DNA of 64,000 bases from Vulcanimicrobiota bacterium (GCA_963820825.1 CAWGBN010000002.1:224001-288000); one strand, 5' to 3'; counted from the stretch's first letter, positions 33,666-46,701 are shown. A program made the numbers and translations. Notes: generated from the sequence alone by a model not told the origin.

Positions 33666-35120
33666 ATGGGCTTCGCCAGGCGAACCGGTTTGCTCTGCGC
33701 GCTCGTACTCGGCACGCTGGGAGCGAACCGGAACGACGGCGACGTCTCGGCACTGCTCGCGCGCATGCGCGCCGCGGCAGGTCCGGTCTGGCAGGCGCAT
33801 CTGGTATCGGTATCGCGCCTCTCGTTCGGCAACTCGCAGAACCTGGTCTCGAGCGATAGCGCCGGCCTGCGGATCACCGTACGGCATTGCGCCGGAGAGC
33901 TCTGCAACGGCAGCTATTTCGACGGCGCGCATCTATACTCGGTCAACATGAACGGCACCGCGGTACCGGAGTCGCTCGAGCCGGAACCCTTTCTGCGGTC
34001 CCTGCGCCTCATCGCGTCGCTGCAGTTTCTGGCACCGTCGTTCACGGCCCGCGGCGGCCGGATCGGCGACGTAAGCAGCGCAACGTTTGCCGGTAGGAGC
34101 TATCGAACGATCGTGGTCGGCGAGGTCAACGCGGTCCCGCTGCGTCTCTATATCGATCCGCAGAGCGCGCTCGTACGGCTGGCGCGCGAAATCGGAGGCG
34201 GGGAGACCTTCGAGTATCGCGCCTATCGCCGCGTCGGCCCGTTTACGCTGCCGTTCGAGGTCTTACACGACGGTCAGCCGTTCGAGCGCTACGACGATCG
34301 CGCCGCCGTCTCGTCTCCTTTTGCGCCCCCACGCGGACCGACGCCGGCGTTTCGCGGTGCACCGGCTGCCGTACCGACCGACCCGCGAGCGGTCACGCCG
34401 ATCATCGATTGCATCGTCGCGGGCGTTGCGGTGCGATGCTTGGTCGACACCGGCAACTCCGGGCTCTCGATGAGCAGCGAGTTGGCAAGCCGGCTGGGTG
34501 CGCCGGTGGTCGGTAACTACGAGGTTCGCGGTCTCGGCGGCTACACCACGCAGGTCGTCCGCGCCGGACCGCTGCGCGTCGCCAATGCGACGTTTCCCGA
34601 CGCGTACTACGCCGTTCTCACCGATCTTCGCCGCTACGGTTACGACGTCGTGCTCGGCGCCGACGCGCTCGCATCGACCGGCCTCCAGATCGATGCGGGC
34701 AGCCATACCATCCGTCTGGCCACCTCCGGCGCGCACGCGCGCATCGCCGTTCCGGTTTCATTCGAGAACTTCGTTCCGGTGATCGACGTCGGACTCGGCA
34801 GCGTGCATGCGGCGCTTGCAGTGGATACGGGCGACGAGTCGAATATCAATCTTGCGTACGACTTTTATGCCAAGCATCCGGGACTCTTCAGCATCGCCCA
34901 GCGACGGTTCGTGAGCGGAATCGGCGGCAGCAGCGTCGAGTTGATCGGGGAGATTCCGGCGGTAACGCTCGGCGATTACCGGACCGGTCCGCAACGAATC
35001 GGAACGACTCAGACGCTGCGCGGAACGGGCTTCGGCCACCTCGGCGCAGCATTCTTACAGCAGTTCCTCGTCGAGCTCGATTATGCCGCCGCACAGCTCC
35101 GCCTCGCACCGAGGACGTGA
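33666..35120 (+). CDS. Exported aspartyl protease with two retropepsin-like domains
   Basis: Two DTG motifs (LVDTGNSG, AVDTGDES) with LG closers (VVLGAD, HLGAAFL). Confidence 0.82.
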   Translation: MGFARRTGLLCALVLGTLGANRNDGDVSALLARMRAAAGPVWQAHLVSVSRLSFGNSQNLVSSDSAGLRITVRHCAGELCNGSYFDGAHLYSVNMNGTAVPESLEPEPFLRSLRLIASLQFLAPSFTARGGRIGDVSSATFAGRSYRTIVVGEVNAVPLRLYIDPQSALVRLAREIGGGETFEYRAYRRVGPFTLPFEVLHDGQPFERYDDRAAVSSPFAPPRGPTPAFRGAPAAVPTDPRAVTPIIDCIVAGVAVRCLVDTGNSGLSMSSELASRLGAPVVGNYEVRGLGGYTTQVVRAGPLRVANATFPDAYYAVLTDLRRYGYDVVLGADALASTGLQIDAGSHTIRLATSGAHARIAVPVSFENFVPVIDVGLGSVHAALAVDTGDESNINLAYDFYAKHPGLFSIAQRRFVSGIGGSSVELIGEIPAVTLGDYRTGPQRIGTTQTLRGTGFGHLGAAFLQQFLVELDYAAAQLRLAPRT

Positions 35121-35680
35121 CCGCAAAGCTCATTCGCCGCCTCGCCGCATGCGCGTTTGCCGCAAGCCTTCTCTACTCTCCGGGCGCGAACGCGATGGCG
35201 CTCGACCGCTGTACGGTCGTTGCGGCCGAGATGATGGACGTCGTCGACTCATCTGATGCCCGGCCCGGTGATTTCTTCCGTTTCCAAACCGTGAACGCGG
35301 TGACGGCCGGCAGACAAGTCGTGATTCCGTCGCGCACGGTGGGATACGGCGTCGTGACGGTCGCCGCGCCGGCGGGGCGCGACGCGCGTCCCGGAGTCCT
35401 CGTCCTCGAGCCGCGATACCTCGTGCTGCCCGACGGAAGACACCTCGGCGTCGTGCTCAACCATAACGTGAACTCCGATCCGCTCGATAAGGCCGGTCCG
35501 ACCGACGGTATTCCCGGCTATCTCGGCGCAATTCCACTGCTCGGCGTCGGGGCGGCGATCGGTATCTTCAATCATTTTCGAAAGGGCAAGAACATCGTCG
35601 TTCTGCGGGGGACGGTCTTTACAGTCTTTCCGAGCGATGATCCCTCGGTCGAACGCTGCCAAGACCATCCTTCGTATTAG
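35117..35680 (+). CDS. Hypothetical secreted protein
   Basis: Signal peptide, VDSSDARPGDFFRF beta-rich segment, coupled to the upstream gene. Confidence 0.7.
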   Translation: MTAKLIRRLAACAFAASLLYSPGANAMALDRCTVVAAEMMDVVDSSDARPGDFFRFQTVNAVTAGRQVVIPSRTVGYGVVTVAAPAGRDARPGVLVLEPRYLVLPDGRHLGVVLNHNVNSDPLDKAGPTDGIPGYLGAIPLLGVGAAIGIFNHFRKGKNIVVLRGTVFTVFPSDDPSVERCQDHPSY

Positions 35681-35715
35681 CGTAGTCTCTTTATAACCCG
35701 AGAGGACGACGCGGG

Positions 35716-36495
35716 ATGCGGTCAAACGTCGCGTGCATGCACTTTCGTGCGAACGACGGGGCCGAGCTCGCTTTCGAAGAGCGCGGATCCGGCGAGCCCG
35801 CCTTTCTCTTCATTCACGGCTGGCAGGCCGATCGCAGCGTCTGGCACGATCTCGCTGCCGCCCTCGGCTCCGCCGCGCACGTAATCGTCCCCGATGCGCG
35901 TGGCAGCGGCGAATCGCAGCCGGCGAAAGGACCATTTACGCTCGATCGCTTCGCCGCGGATCTGCGCGAGCTCGTCGACGCGCGCGGCTTCGGACCCGTC
36001 GTACTCATCGGTCACTCGATGGGGGCGACCGTCGCGTTACGCTTTGCCGTCGATTACCCGGAGCTCGTGCGCGCACTCGTGCTGATCGCGCCGGTGCCGG
36101 CAAGCGGCGGCGGATACTCGCCCAAAGGCGCGGCCTACTTGCGTTCAACTGCAGGCGATCCCGCGGTGCAGCGGGGTTGGCTCGCACGCACGCTCGCGCA
36201 GCCGCCCGACGAGGCGAGGCTCGAACGGCTCTGCGCCGCCGCGGGACGAACGCCGCGAGACGTCGCGCTGGAATCCTTCGAATCGTGGGCGCATTCCGAT
36301 TTTGCCGAAGCGACGCGAACGATCGCGGCGCCGGCGCTGGTCATCGCTCCCGAGCACGACGCGCGCGAGACGCGCGAGCGCGTTGCGGAGCTGCTGCCCA
36401 ACTCGCGCTACGTCGAACTGCCGGGATGCGCGCACTATGCGATTCTCGAGCAACCGCGGGCGATTGCGGAGCTGATCTCCGAGTTCGTCGCTTGA
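35716..36495 (+). CDS. Alpha/beta hydrolase
   Basis: FIHGW, DARGSG, GHSMG nucleophile, C-terminal His (GCAHY). Start may be 35737. Confidence 0.9.
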   Translation: MRSNVACMHFRANDGAELAFEERGSGEPAFLFIHGWQADRSVWHDLAAALGSAAHVIVPDARGSGESQPAKGPFTLDRFAADLRELVDARGFGPVVLIGHSMGATVALRFAVDYPELVRALVLIAPVPASGGGYSPKGAAYLRSTAGDPAVQRGWLARTLAQPPDEARLERLCAAAGRTPRDVALESFESWAHSDFAEATRTIAAPALVIAPEHDARETRERVAELLPNSRYVELPGCAHYAILEQPRAIAELISEFVA

Positions 36496-39155
36496 ACGCC
36501 GAACGCAAGCGGCTCGAGACTGGGCGCGAGAAAGCGCTCTGGCACCGCTGGGGACCCTACCTCAGCGAGCGGCAGTGGGGAACCGTGCGCGAGGATTACA
36601 GCCCGTACGGCACCGCATGGGAGTATCTGCCGCACGATCACGCGCGCTCGCGCGCCTATCGGTGGGGCGAGGACGGCATCGCCGGCATCTGCGATCGCTA
36701 TCAGCTCCTCTGCTTCTCCGTCGCGATGTGGAACGGTAAGGACCCCATCCTCAAGGAGCGGCTCTTCGGACTGACCGGCAACGAAGGCAACCACGGCGAG
36801 GACGTCAAGGAGTACTACTTCTTCCTCGACGCGCTTCCGTCGCACGCCTACATGAAGATGCTCTATCGCTATCCTCAGGCGGAGTATCCGTACGCGCAGC
36901 TCGTCGACGTGAACCGGCGGCGCACGCGACTCGATCCGGAGTACGAGCTGATCGACACCGGCGTTCTCGACGGGGATCGCTTCTTCGACGTCTACGTCGA
37001 GTACGCGAAGGCCGCTCCCGACGACGTTCTCGTTCGCATCACCGTTGAGAACCGCGGACCGGAGCGCGCGCGGCTGACGCTGCTGCCGACGCTTTGGTTT
37101 CGCAACACCTGGTCGTGGAAGCCCGGCGTAGCCAAGCCGGTACTCGAAGAAGAACCGGGATTGCCCGACGTCAGAATCGTTCGCGCGAGCCACGAGCGCC
37201 TCGATACCTATCGGCTCTACTGCGAAGAGTCCGACGAACTGCTCTTTACCGAGAACGAAACCAACGCCCAGCGTCTCTTCGGCGCGCCCAACGCCTCACC
37301 GTACGTAAAGGATGCGATCGATGCGTACGTCGTCGCCGGCAATCGCGAGGCGATCGATCCGGCGACGTGCGGAACGAAGTGCGCGGCGCGCTACGAGCTC
37401 GACGTCGCGCCGGGTCAGCGCCAGATCGTCCGGCTGCGGCTCTGCGATCGCGCGCGCGGCGAGCCGTTCGAGGGATTCGAACGCATCTTCGAGCAGCGCA
37501 TCGCCGAGGCCGACGAATTCTACCGCGACCTCAACGCCTTTCCGGTCACCGACGACGAGCGCGCGGTTCAGCGGCAAGCCTTCGCGGGACTCCTCTGGAG
37601 CAAACAGTTCTATAACTACGTCGTCCACGATTGGCTCGACGGCGATCCGCTCCAGCCGCCCCCGCCGCCGCAGCGCACGCATGGGCGCAATAGCGGCTGG
37701 GATCACTTCTATAGCGACGACGTCGTGGCGATGCCCGATACCTGGGAGTATCCCTGGTTTGCCGCTTGGGATTTGGCCTTTCACTGCGTCGTCTTTGCCA
37801 TGATCGATCCCGAGTTCGCCAAGGTCCAGCTCTCGCTGCTCACCCGCGAATACTACATGCATCCCAACGGTCAGCTTCCGGCCTACGAGTGGGCCTTCGG
37901 CGACGTCAATCCGCCGGTGCACGCCTGGGCCGCCTATCGCATCTTCAAAATCGAACGCAAGCAGACCGGTCGCGGCGATCTCTTCTTCCTCGAGCGCGTC
38001 TTTCAGAAACTGCTGCTCACCTTTACGTGGTGGGTCAATCGCAAAGATCCATCGGGGCGCAACGTCTTCGAGGGCGGATTCCTCGGGCTCGATAACATCG
38101 GCATCTTCGATCGCAGCGCGCCGTTGCCCGGCGGGGGTTCGCTCGACCAAGCCGACGGCACGAGTTGGATGGGCGTCTTTACCCTCAACATGCTCGCGAT
38201 CGCGCTCGAGCTCGCGCGCGAGATGCCCGTCTACGAAGATATCGCCTCAAAGTTCTTCGAGCATTTTCTGCTGATCGCCGACGCGATGAACAAGATCGGC
38301 GGCGACGAGGATCGCGGGCTCTGGGACGACGAGGATGGTTTCTACTACGATTACCTCCACGCCGACGGCAACGTCATCCCGCTTCAGATCCGCTCGCTCG
38401 TCGGACTCGCGCCGCTGCTCGCGGTCGAGACGTTCGATGGGACGATCCGCGACAAGCTCCCCGGCTTCGCCAAGAAGCTCGAGTGGTTCGTTGCGAACCG
38501 TCCCGACCTCATCGAGAATATCGCGGAGATGAACCTCGGGGGCGTCGGGATCCGGCGCATCCTCTCGGTGGTCGACCGCGACCGGCTCAAACGGCTGCTG
38601 CGCCGCATGCTCGACGAATCGGAATTTCTCTCACCGTACGGCATTCGCTCGCTCTCTCGCGAGCACGACGCACACCCGTACTCGCTCCAGCTCGACGGGC
38701 GGGAGTACCGGATCGATTACGAGCCGGCCGAATCGACGACCGGACTCTTCGGCGGGAACTCAAACTGGCGCGGCCCGGTATGGTTTCCGATCAACTATCT
38801 GATCATCGAAGCGCTGCAGAAGTATCACTACTTTTACGGCGACGACTTCAAGGTGGAGCTGCCGACGGGTTCGGGACGGATGATGACGCTCTGGGATGTC
38901 TCGATGGAGCTCTCGCACCGGCTCATCGGTATCTTCACTCGCGACGCGCAGGGGCGGCGTGCGGTCTTCGGCGCGAGCGAGACGTTCCAGCAGAACCCGC
39001 TCTGGCGCGATCACGTTCCGTTCTACGAATACTTCCACGGCGATAACGGCGCCGGGCTCGGCGCGAGCCACCAGACCGGCTGGACCGCGCTCGTCGCTAA
39101 GCTAATTCAGCAATGCGGCGAGTATTGCCGTCAGGGAAAGCACCCGTTTGATTGA
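36492..39155 (+). CDS. GH63-like glucosidase (MGH1-like)
   Basis: [56 protein letters not shown]. Confidence 0.9.
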   Translation: MNAERKRLETGREKALWHRWGPYLSERQWGTVREDYSPYGTAWEYLPHDHARSRAYRWGEDGIAGICDRYQLLCFSVAMWNGKDPILKERLFGLTGNEGNHGEDVKEYYFFLDALPSHAYMKMLYRYPQAEYPYAQLVDVNRRRTRLDPEYELIDTGVLDGDRFFDVYVEYAKAAPDDVLVRITVENRGPERARLTLLPTLWFRNTWSWKPGVAKPVLEEEPGLPDVRIVRASHERLDTYRLYCEESDELLFTENETNAQRLFGAPNASPYVKDAIDAYVVAGNREAIDPATCGTKCAARYELDVAPGQRQIVRLRLCDRARGEPFEGFERIFEQRIAEADEFYRDLNAFPVTDDERAVQRQAFAGLLWSKQFYNYVVHDWLDGDPLQPPPPPQRTHGRNSGWDHFYSDDVVAMPDTWEYPWFAAWDLAFHCVVFAMIDPEFAKVQLSLLTREYYMHPNGQLPAYEWAFGDVNPPVHAWAAYRIFKIERKQTGRGDLFFLERVFQKLLLTFTWWVNRKDPSGRNVFEGGFLGLDNIGIFDRSAPLPGGGSLDQADGTSWMGVFTLNMLAIALELAREMPVYEDIASKFFEHFLLIADAMNKIGGDEDRGLWDDEDGFYYDYLHADGNVIPLQIRSLVGLAPLLAVETFDGTIRDKLPGFAKKLEWFVANRPDLIENIAEMNLGGVGIRRILSVVDRDRLKRLLRRMLDESEFLSPYGIRSLSREHDAHPYSLQLDGREYRIDYEPAESTTGLFGGNSNWRGPVWFPINYLIIEALQKYHYFYGDDFKVELPTGSGRMMTLWDVSMELSHRLIGIFTRDAQGRRAVFGASETFQQNPLWRDHVPFYEYFHGDNGAGLGASHQTGWTALVAKLIQQCGEYCRQGKHPFD

Positions 39156-41114
39156 CGGCACTTTGCCGATAGACTTCGGCCGCTCGATCTGCGGCGAGCT
39201 GCTCGAAGCCGAGCGGCGCGAATGGCTGGTGACCAACGGATTGGGCGGCTTCGCCTCGGGGACGATCGCGGGAACGCTCACGCGCCGGTATCACGGGCTG
39301 CTCGTCGCGGCCTTGAAACCGCCGCTGCAGCGCACGCTGCTCGTTGCCAAGTTCGACGAGACGGTCACCTACCGCGCAACTCCCTACACGCTGGCGACGA
39401 ATCGCTGGAAGGACGAATATCTCGCGCCCCGCGGATTCGACCTGATCGAGCGCTTCTATCTCGAGGGGACGACGCCGGTTTGGGAGTACGCGCTTGCCGA
39501 CGCGCTGATCGAGAAACGAATCTGGATGGCGCCGGGCGCGAACGTCACGTACATTCGCTATCGCGCGTTGCGCGCGGCCGAGCCGCTGGCGATCGAGCCT
39601 GGTCGCGCTCGCCAACTACCGGGATTTTCACGGCAACACGCATGCCGGCGATTGGCAGATGGGGATCGCGCAGGGTGCCGGCGGCGTCACGATTACCGCC
39701 TACGACGGGGCCACGCTCTTCTCCATCGTCGCCGACCGCGCGACGGTTACGCCGCAGAACGTCTGGTATCGCGATTTCGTGCTCGCGCAAGAGACCGCGC
39801 GCGGATTGGACGACCGCGACGATCATCTTGCGGTGGCGCGATTTACCTTCACGCTGCAGCCCGGCGAGAGCGTCACGCTCGCGGCGGGAGTTGGTCGCGC
39901 CGATGACTTGGGCGGTGTCATCCTGAGCGTAGCATCGCGCAGCGATGCGAAGTCGAAGGACCAAGAACCATGGTGGGTTGGGCAGCTCGAGCGCGCGGCG
40001 GAGCAATTTATCGTGGCGCGCCCGACGGCGAGCGACCCCGACGGACGAACGATTATCGCCGGGTATCATTGGTTCGGCGATTGGGGGCGCGACACGATGA
40101 TCGCCTTGCCGGGGTTGACGCTCGCGACCGGGCATACCGAGATCGCCCGAAAGATCCTTACCGCGTTCGCTCCCTTCGTCGACCGCGGTATGCTTCCGAA
40201 CTTCTTCCCCGAAGCCGGCGAGTCGCCCGAATACAACACTGCCGATGCGGCACTTTGGTACGTCGAGGCGGCTGCCGCGTACGTCGACGCGACCGCCGAA
40301 TCGTGCGACGCTACGCGTGCTCTGGCCCTCGCTGCGCGACGTCGTAACCTCGTATCGCGCCGGCACGCGCTACGGGATTCACATGGACGGCGACGGCATC
40401 GTCGTCGCAAGTGCACCCGGCCTGCAGCTCACGTGGATGGATGCAAAAATCGGCGACTGGGTGGTAACGCCGCGGATGGGAAAGCCGGTCGAAATTGCGG
40501 CGCTTTGGTATAACGCGCTCGAACGGATGACCGCGCTCGCCGCGCTGCTCGGCGAGCCCGCCGACGAGTACGCCGCACTTGCCAAACGCGCCCGCCGAGG
40601 CTTCGAGCGGTTCTGGAACGGCGATGCCGGCTATTGCTACGACGTCATCGACGGCCCCGGCGGCAACGACGCGACGTTGCGGCCGAATCAAATCTTTGCC
40701 GTCTCGCTGCCGCATTCGCCGTTGAACGCGGCGCAGCAGCGCGCGGTCGTCGACGTCTGCGCCGCGGAGCTGCTCACCACGAACGGCTTGCGAACGCTAG
40801 CGCCCTCCGATCCGCGATCTGTCGCGCGATACGGCGGATCGCCGCACGATCGCGACGCCGCCTATCATCAAGGAACCGTTTGGCCATGGCTGCTCGGAGC
40901 ATTTACGATCGCTCACGCGCGCGTCTATCGCGATCGAGACGCGGCGCGTTCGTTTCTCTCCCCGCTCGCCGATCAGCTCAGCGACCACGGTCTCGGTTCG
41001 ATCTCGGAACTCGCCGACGCGGCTGCGCCGTATCGGCCGAACGGAGCGATCGCGCAGGCTTGGTCGGTCGCCGAACTCTTGCGGGCCTGGAAAGAGGTTG
41101 GGCGGCTCCCATAG
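39148..41114 (+). CDS. Amylo-alpha-1,6-glucosidase / glycogen debranching enzyme (frameshifted)
   Basis: [57 protein letters not shown]. Confidence 0.88.
39916..39961 (+). repeat. REP-like palindromic element inside a CDS
   Basis: TGTCATCCTGAGCG-TA-GCATCGC-GCA-GCGATGC-GAA-GTCGAAGGAC, same family as 56819-56860. Confidence 0.7.
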
Positions 41115-41132
41115 GCCAAGCTTGAGCGCGCA

Positions 41133-41176
41133 CGGGATGGAGCTCCCGGTAACTGCCGAACGGCTGATGGCTCCTG
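41133..41176 (+). promoter_or_regulatory. Fluoride (crcB-motif) riboswitch aptamer
   Basis: CGGGAUGGAGCUCCCG-GUAAC-UGCCGAACGGC-UGAUGGCUCCUG matches the GAUGGAG...AAC...GCUGAUGRCUCCU pseudoknot consensus and lies upstream of a cation/H+ antiporter, a known association. Confidence 0.88.
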
Positions 41177-41206
41177 ATCAAACTTTTCTTTGACGGGAGC
41201 TTTTTT
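41170..41206 (+). terminator. Riboswitch expression-platform terminator
   Basis: GCTCCTGATCAAA / TTTGACGGGAGC stem plus T6, overlapping the aptamer 3' end. Confidence 0.8.
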
Positions 41207-42346
41207 ATGTGGCTAATCGCCGGTCTCTGGTTGTCACTCGCCGCCGCCAGCGGCTTCATTGCGATTCGTCTCAAGATGCCGGCCGCGCTGGTCGAAATCA
41301 TCATCGGGATGCTCGCCGGCAATCTGATTGCCCTTCGCACGAACGCCTGGATCGATTTCGTCGCCGGATTCGGCAGCATTCTCTTGACGTTTCTAGCCGG
41401 CGCCGAGATCGATCCGGTCGTCTTGCGCCGTCAGCTCGTGCCGTCGTCGGTCCTCGGCGCCGCATCCTTCGGCGCGCCGTTCTTGGCGGCGATGGCTTAC
41501 GCCCATTTCGTCGGCCACTGGACGCCCGACGCATCGAAGATCGCCGGGATCGCGATGTCGACCACCTCGGTAGCGGTCGTGTACGCGGTGATGATCGAGT
41601 CGGGACTCGCCGGCAAAGAATTCGGGCAGCTGATCCTCGCCGCATGTTTCTTCACCGACCTCGGCACGGTCGTCGCGCTGGGCCTGCTCTTTGCAAACTA
41701 CAATCTTTGGCTGGCCGCATTGGTCGCCGGGATCGTCGTCGCAATCTTCCTCGTGCCGAGGCTATTGCCACAATTGATCGAGCGCACGGGCCGCTACGTC
41801 AGCGAGCCCGCGCTGCGCGTGCTCTTCGCGGTCATCTTCCTGCTCGCCGCGCTGGCCACGAATGCCAAGAGCGAGGGCGTTCTGCCCGCCTACTTTCTCG
41901 GGCTCGCCTGCGCCGGCCTGATGACCGCGATGCCCGACGTCAAGCGCCGCCTTCAGACGATGACGATGACGCTCCTAGCCCCATTCTACTTTTTGAAGGC
42001 CGGAACGTACATCGAGTTCGGCGCGGCGCTTGCAAACATCAGCCTCATCGCCGCGCTGTTCTTCGTCAAGGTTGGAGCGAAGATCGTCGGCGTGCTTCCC
42101 ACGGCCCGCTTCGTCTTTCGGTACGGCGCGAGCAATGCGAACTATTTGACTCTGATGATGGCGACCGGCCTGACCTTCGGCACGATCTCGAGCCTCTACG
42201 GCTTGACCCATCACTACATCACGCAAGGCCAGTATACGGCGCTCGTGACCGTGGTGATCTTGACGGCAATTATCCCCACGGCGATCGCTCAGGCACTCTT
42301 CAAGCCGATCGAAGAACCCGAGGAGATGGAGGCCGAAGTCCCGTAG
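41207..42346 (+). CDS. Cation:proton antiporter (CPA2/Kef-like)
   Basis: Multiple transmembrane segments, FLAGAEID, STTSVAVV, FFTD. Confidence 0.9.
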   Translation: MWLIAGLWLSLAAASGFIAIRLKMPAALVEIIIGMLAGNLIALRTNAWIDFVAGFGSILLTFLAGAEIDPVVLRRQLVPSSVLGAASFGAPFLAAMAYAHFVGHWTPDASKIAGIAMSTTSVAVVYAVMIESGLAGKEFGQLILAACFFTDLGTVVALGLLFANYNLWLAALVAGIVVAIFLVPRLLPQLIERTGRYVSEPALRVLFAVIFLLAALATNAKSEGVLPAYFLGLACAGLMTAMPDVKRRLQTMTMTLLAPFYFLKAGTYIEFGAALANISLIAALFFVKVGAKIVGVLPTARFVFRYGASNANYLTLMMATGLTFGTISSLYGLTHHYITQGQYTALVTVVILTAIIPTAIAQALFKPIEEPEEMEAEVP

Positions 42347-42354
42347 CCAGGCGA

Positions 42355-44505
42355 ATGCTTCGGCACTTCGGGGCCGACCCGTTCGCGTATCTCGGGATGC
42401 ACGCCGCGGACGGCGGCGTCGTCGTGCGCGCCTCGATGCCCCAAGCGACCCGCGTCTTCCTCCGCGAGCGCGGCGGAGCGGAATGCTTCGAGCTCGAGCG
42501 CATCGGCGGCGACGGCCTCTTCGAAGCCCATCTGCCGAATCGAGCGCCCTTCGATTATTCGTTCGTCGTCGAAACCGCGCACGGCCGCGAGGAGATCGAG
42601 GACCCGTACCGCTTCGGGCCGATTCTCGGCGACGTGGACGTCTACCTCATCGCCGAGGGAACGCACCTTCGGCTCTGGGATGCGCTCGGATCGCACGCGC
42701 GTACGATCGGCGGTATCGCCGGCGTCGCCTTCGCGGTCTGGGCACCGAACGCGCGGCGTGTCAGCGTCGTCGGCGATTTCAACGATTGGGACGGACGCCG
42801 CCATCCGATGCGCAAACGCGTCGAGTGCGGCGTGTGGGAGATCTTCGTTCCCGGCGTGCTCGACGGTTCGCGATATAAGTACGAGATCGCCGCAGCGAAC
42901 GGCGATCTACTCCCGCTCAAAGCCGATCCGCTCGCGCGATACGCGGAGCGTTCGGCCCGCGAATGCCTCGATCGTGTGGAACGAACCTGCGCCGCAGTGG
43001 CGCGACGACGCGTGGATGCGCCGCCGCAGCGAACGAAACGCGCTCGATGCGGCGATCTCGATCTACGAGGCGCACCTGGGTTCGTGGCGGCGCGGCGAAG
43101 AGGGCCGCATGCTCACCTACGCGCAGCTCGCCGACGAACTGCTGCCGTACGTGCGCGAGTTGGGCTTCAGCGCACGTGGAGCTCTTGCCGGTCACGGAGC
43201 ATCCGTTCGACGGATCGTGGGGATATCAACCGACGGGGATGTTCGCGCCGACGAGCCGGTACGGCACGCCCGCCGAGTTTCGCGCCTTCGTCGAACGGGC
43301 GCACGAGCTCGAGCTCGGCGTGATCCTCGACTGGGTACCGGGACATTTTCCGAACGATCCGCACGGCCTCGCGCTCTTCGACGGAACGCATCTCTACGAG
43401 CACGGCGACCCGCGCAAGGGTTTTGCGCCCGATTGGAACACGCTGATCTACAACTACGACCGCCGCGAGGTCGCGAACTTCTTGATCGCCGGCGCGCTCT
43501 ACTGGTTGGAGGAGTTTCACATTGACGCGCTGCGCGTCGATGCGGTCGCGTCGATGCTCTATCTCGATTACAGCCGCCGTCCCGGCGAATGGGATGCCGA
43601 ACCACCACGGCGGAAACGAGAATACTCGAGGCGATCGCCTTTCTTCGCCGTCTCAACGAGACGCTCTACGCGCGCGCCCACAGCGCGGTAACTATCGCGG
43701 AAGAGTCGACGGCGTGGCCGATGGTCTCGCGTCCGGTGAGCGCCGGCGGGCTCGGCTTCGGCTACAAATGGAATATGGGCTGGATGCACGATACGCTGCG
43801 CTACTTCGGCTACGATCCCGTCTATCGCGGATACCACCAGAACGATCTGACCTTCGGGCTGGTCTATGCATATAGTGAGAACTACATTCTCCCGCTCTCG
43901 CACGACGAGGTGGTGCACGGAAAACGCTCGCTGCTTTCGAAGATGCCCGGCGACCGCTGGCAGCGCTTCGCGAATCTTCGGTTACTGCTCGCCTTGATGT
44001 TCGCCCACCCCGGCAAGAAACTGCTCTTCATGGGCGCCGAGCTCGCGGCCGTGCTCGAGTGGAACCACGACGCGCAACTCGACTGGGGGCTTCTGCACGA
44101 CGAGCTGCACGCCGGCGTTCAGCGTCTGGTCCGCGATTGCAACGCGCTCTATCGCCGCTTGCCGGCGCTTCACCGGCTCGATAGCGATCCCAACGGCTTC
44201 GAATGGATCGACTTTCAGGATGCGTCGCAGAGCGTGCTGGCCTTCGCGCGCAAAGGGGCCGGCGCGAAGGACCACGTCATCGTCGCGATCAACGCGACGC
44301 CGGTCGTGCATTACGGCTATCGCATCGGCGTCTTGCGCTCCGGGAGTTATCGAGAAGTGCTCAACACCGATTCGCAGTTCTACGGCGGAAGCAACGTCGG
44401 AAACGACGGAGCGATCGCAACCGAGGCGATCGCGGCGCACGGCCACCCGCAGTCGCTGGCGTTGACGCTTCCACCCCTTGGCGCGGCTGCGTGCTGCAGC
44501 CGTGA
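42355..44505 (+). CDS. glgB: 1,4-alpha-glucan branching enzyme (frameshifted)
   Basis: [49 protein letters not shown]. Confidence 0.93.
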
Positions 44506-46701
44506 TCGCAACGCGCAGGCGCCGCGGTTCTGCCGGGACGCCCCTATCCGCTCGGCGCGACGTGGAACGGCGCCGGCGTGAACTTCGCGCTCTTCTCCGA
44601 GCATGCCGAGAAGGTCGAGCTCTGTCTCTTCGATCCGCGCGGCCGCCGCGAGGTGCAGCGCATCGCGCTCCCGGAGTATACCGACTCGGTCTGGCACGGC
44701 TATCTGCCCGACGCGCGCCCGGGTCTGCTCTACGGCTACCGCGTCTACGGACCGTACGATCCGGCCAACGGCCACCGCTTCAACCACCACAAGCTGCTGC
44801 TCGATCCGTACGCCGCGATGCTCTCGGGAGCGCTGCAGTGGAGCGACGCGCACTTCGGCTATCGCATCGGCTCGCCGCGCGCGGATCTCTCCTTCGACCG
44901 GCGCGACGACGCTGCCGGCATGCCCAAGTGCGTCGTCGTGGACACGGCCTTCACGTGGGGCAACGACCGGCTGCTGCACACGCGCTGGCACGAGCTCATC
45001 GTCTACGAGCTGCACGTGCGCGGCTTCACGATGAAGCATCCCGGCGTGCCGCCAGCGCTGCGCGGCACCTTTGCCGGCCTCTCTTCGCCGGCGGCGATCG
45101 AGCATCTCGTCGCGCCTCGGCATCACCGCGGTCGAGCTGCTGCCGATCAACTACTTCGTCGACGAGCGCCACCTCGTCGAGCGCAGGCCTGCGCAACTAT
45201 TGGGGATATAGCCCGATCTCGTTCTTCGCCCCGCATCCGCGCTATTGCTCGCAGCCAAATCTCGGCGAGTTCAAGACGATGGTCGACGCGCCTGCACGAC
45301 GCCGGCATCGAAGTGATTCTCGACGTCGTCTTCAACCATACGGCCGAGGGCAACGAGCTCGGACCGACGCTGAGCTTTCGCGGCATCGACAACAAGTCGT
45401 ACTATCGCGCTGGCGGAGCGATCCGCGCTACTACGTCGACTATACCGGCTGCGGCAACACGCTCAACCTCGGTCATCCGCACGTGCTCAAGATGGTCACC
45501 GACGCGCTGCGCTACTGGGTACGCGAGATGCACGTCGACGGCTTTCGTTTCGACCTGGCGACGACGCTGGCGCGCACGCGACGGCCATTTCACCACGCAC
45601 AGCAACTTTCTCGCGGCGATCGAACAAGATCCGGTACTCTCGCGCGTCAAGCTGATCGCCGAGCCGTGGGACCTCGGCCCGGACGGCTATCACATCGGCG
45701 ATTTTCCGGCGGGGTGGTCGGAGTGGAACGACCGTTTCCGCGACGGCGTCCGGCGATTCTGGCGCGGCGACGGGAGCGATCGCCCGAGATGGCGACGCGA
45801 CTTGACCGGATCGAGCGATCTCTTCGACCGGCGCGGACGCCGCCCGCGCGCGAGCGTCAACTTCGTCACCGCGCACGACGGGTTCACGCTGCGCGATCTG
45901 GTTTCGTACGACCGCAAGCACAACGAGGCGAATCTCGAGGAGAACCGCGACGGCGCCGACGAGAACTACAGCTGGAACTGCGGCGCCGAGGGCGATGACG
46001 CGACGATCCGCAGATTCTCGCGCTGCGCGAGCGCAACAGCAAGCGCAACCTGCTCGCGACGCTGTTGCTCTCGCAAGGCATGCCGATGCTGCTGGCCGGC
46101 GACGAGCTGCAGCGACACGCAGCGCGGAAACAACAACGCCTACTGCCAAGACAACGAGATCAGTTGGCTCGACTGGTCGGCCTTCAATCCGGCCCTCGCC
46201 TTCGATTTTGCCCGCGCGGCGCATTTCGACCGGCACGACGCGACCGGAAGCGACCTCATCGAGTTCGTTCGCAACTTGATCGCGCTGCGGCGAACGCATC
46301 CGGTCTTTCGGCGACCGCGCTTCTTCCGCGGGGTCGAGACCGAGCCGTCGCCGCTCAAAGACATCACCTGGTACGCACCCGACGGCCGCGAGATGACCCA
46401 CGACGATTGGCAGAATAGCGAGCTTCGCTGCTTCGGTGCGCTGTTCGGCGGCGACGTCGGCGACCGATTCATCAGCCTGCAGGGTTATCCCGAGGTCGAC
46501 GACAGCTTTCTGATGATCCTCAACGGTCATCAGACCGCCGTCGAGTTCGTGCTTCCGGTCGCGACGGGCGTGCGGCGATGGACGCATCTGCTCGATACCG
46601 CGCGCGCCGGCGCCACACCGATGCTTCCCGTTGCTCCGGGATCACGGTTGACGATCGCGGATCGTTCGTTTTCGCTCTTTGCCGGGCAGCTCTCGGAGTG
46701 A
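44502..46701 (+). CDS. glgX: Glycogen debranching isoamylase (frameshifted)
   Basis: [55 protein letters not shown]. Confidence 0.92.
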
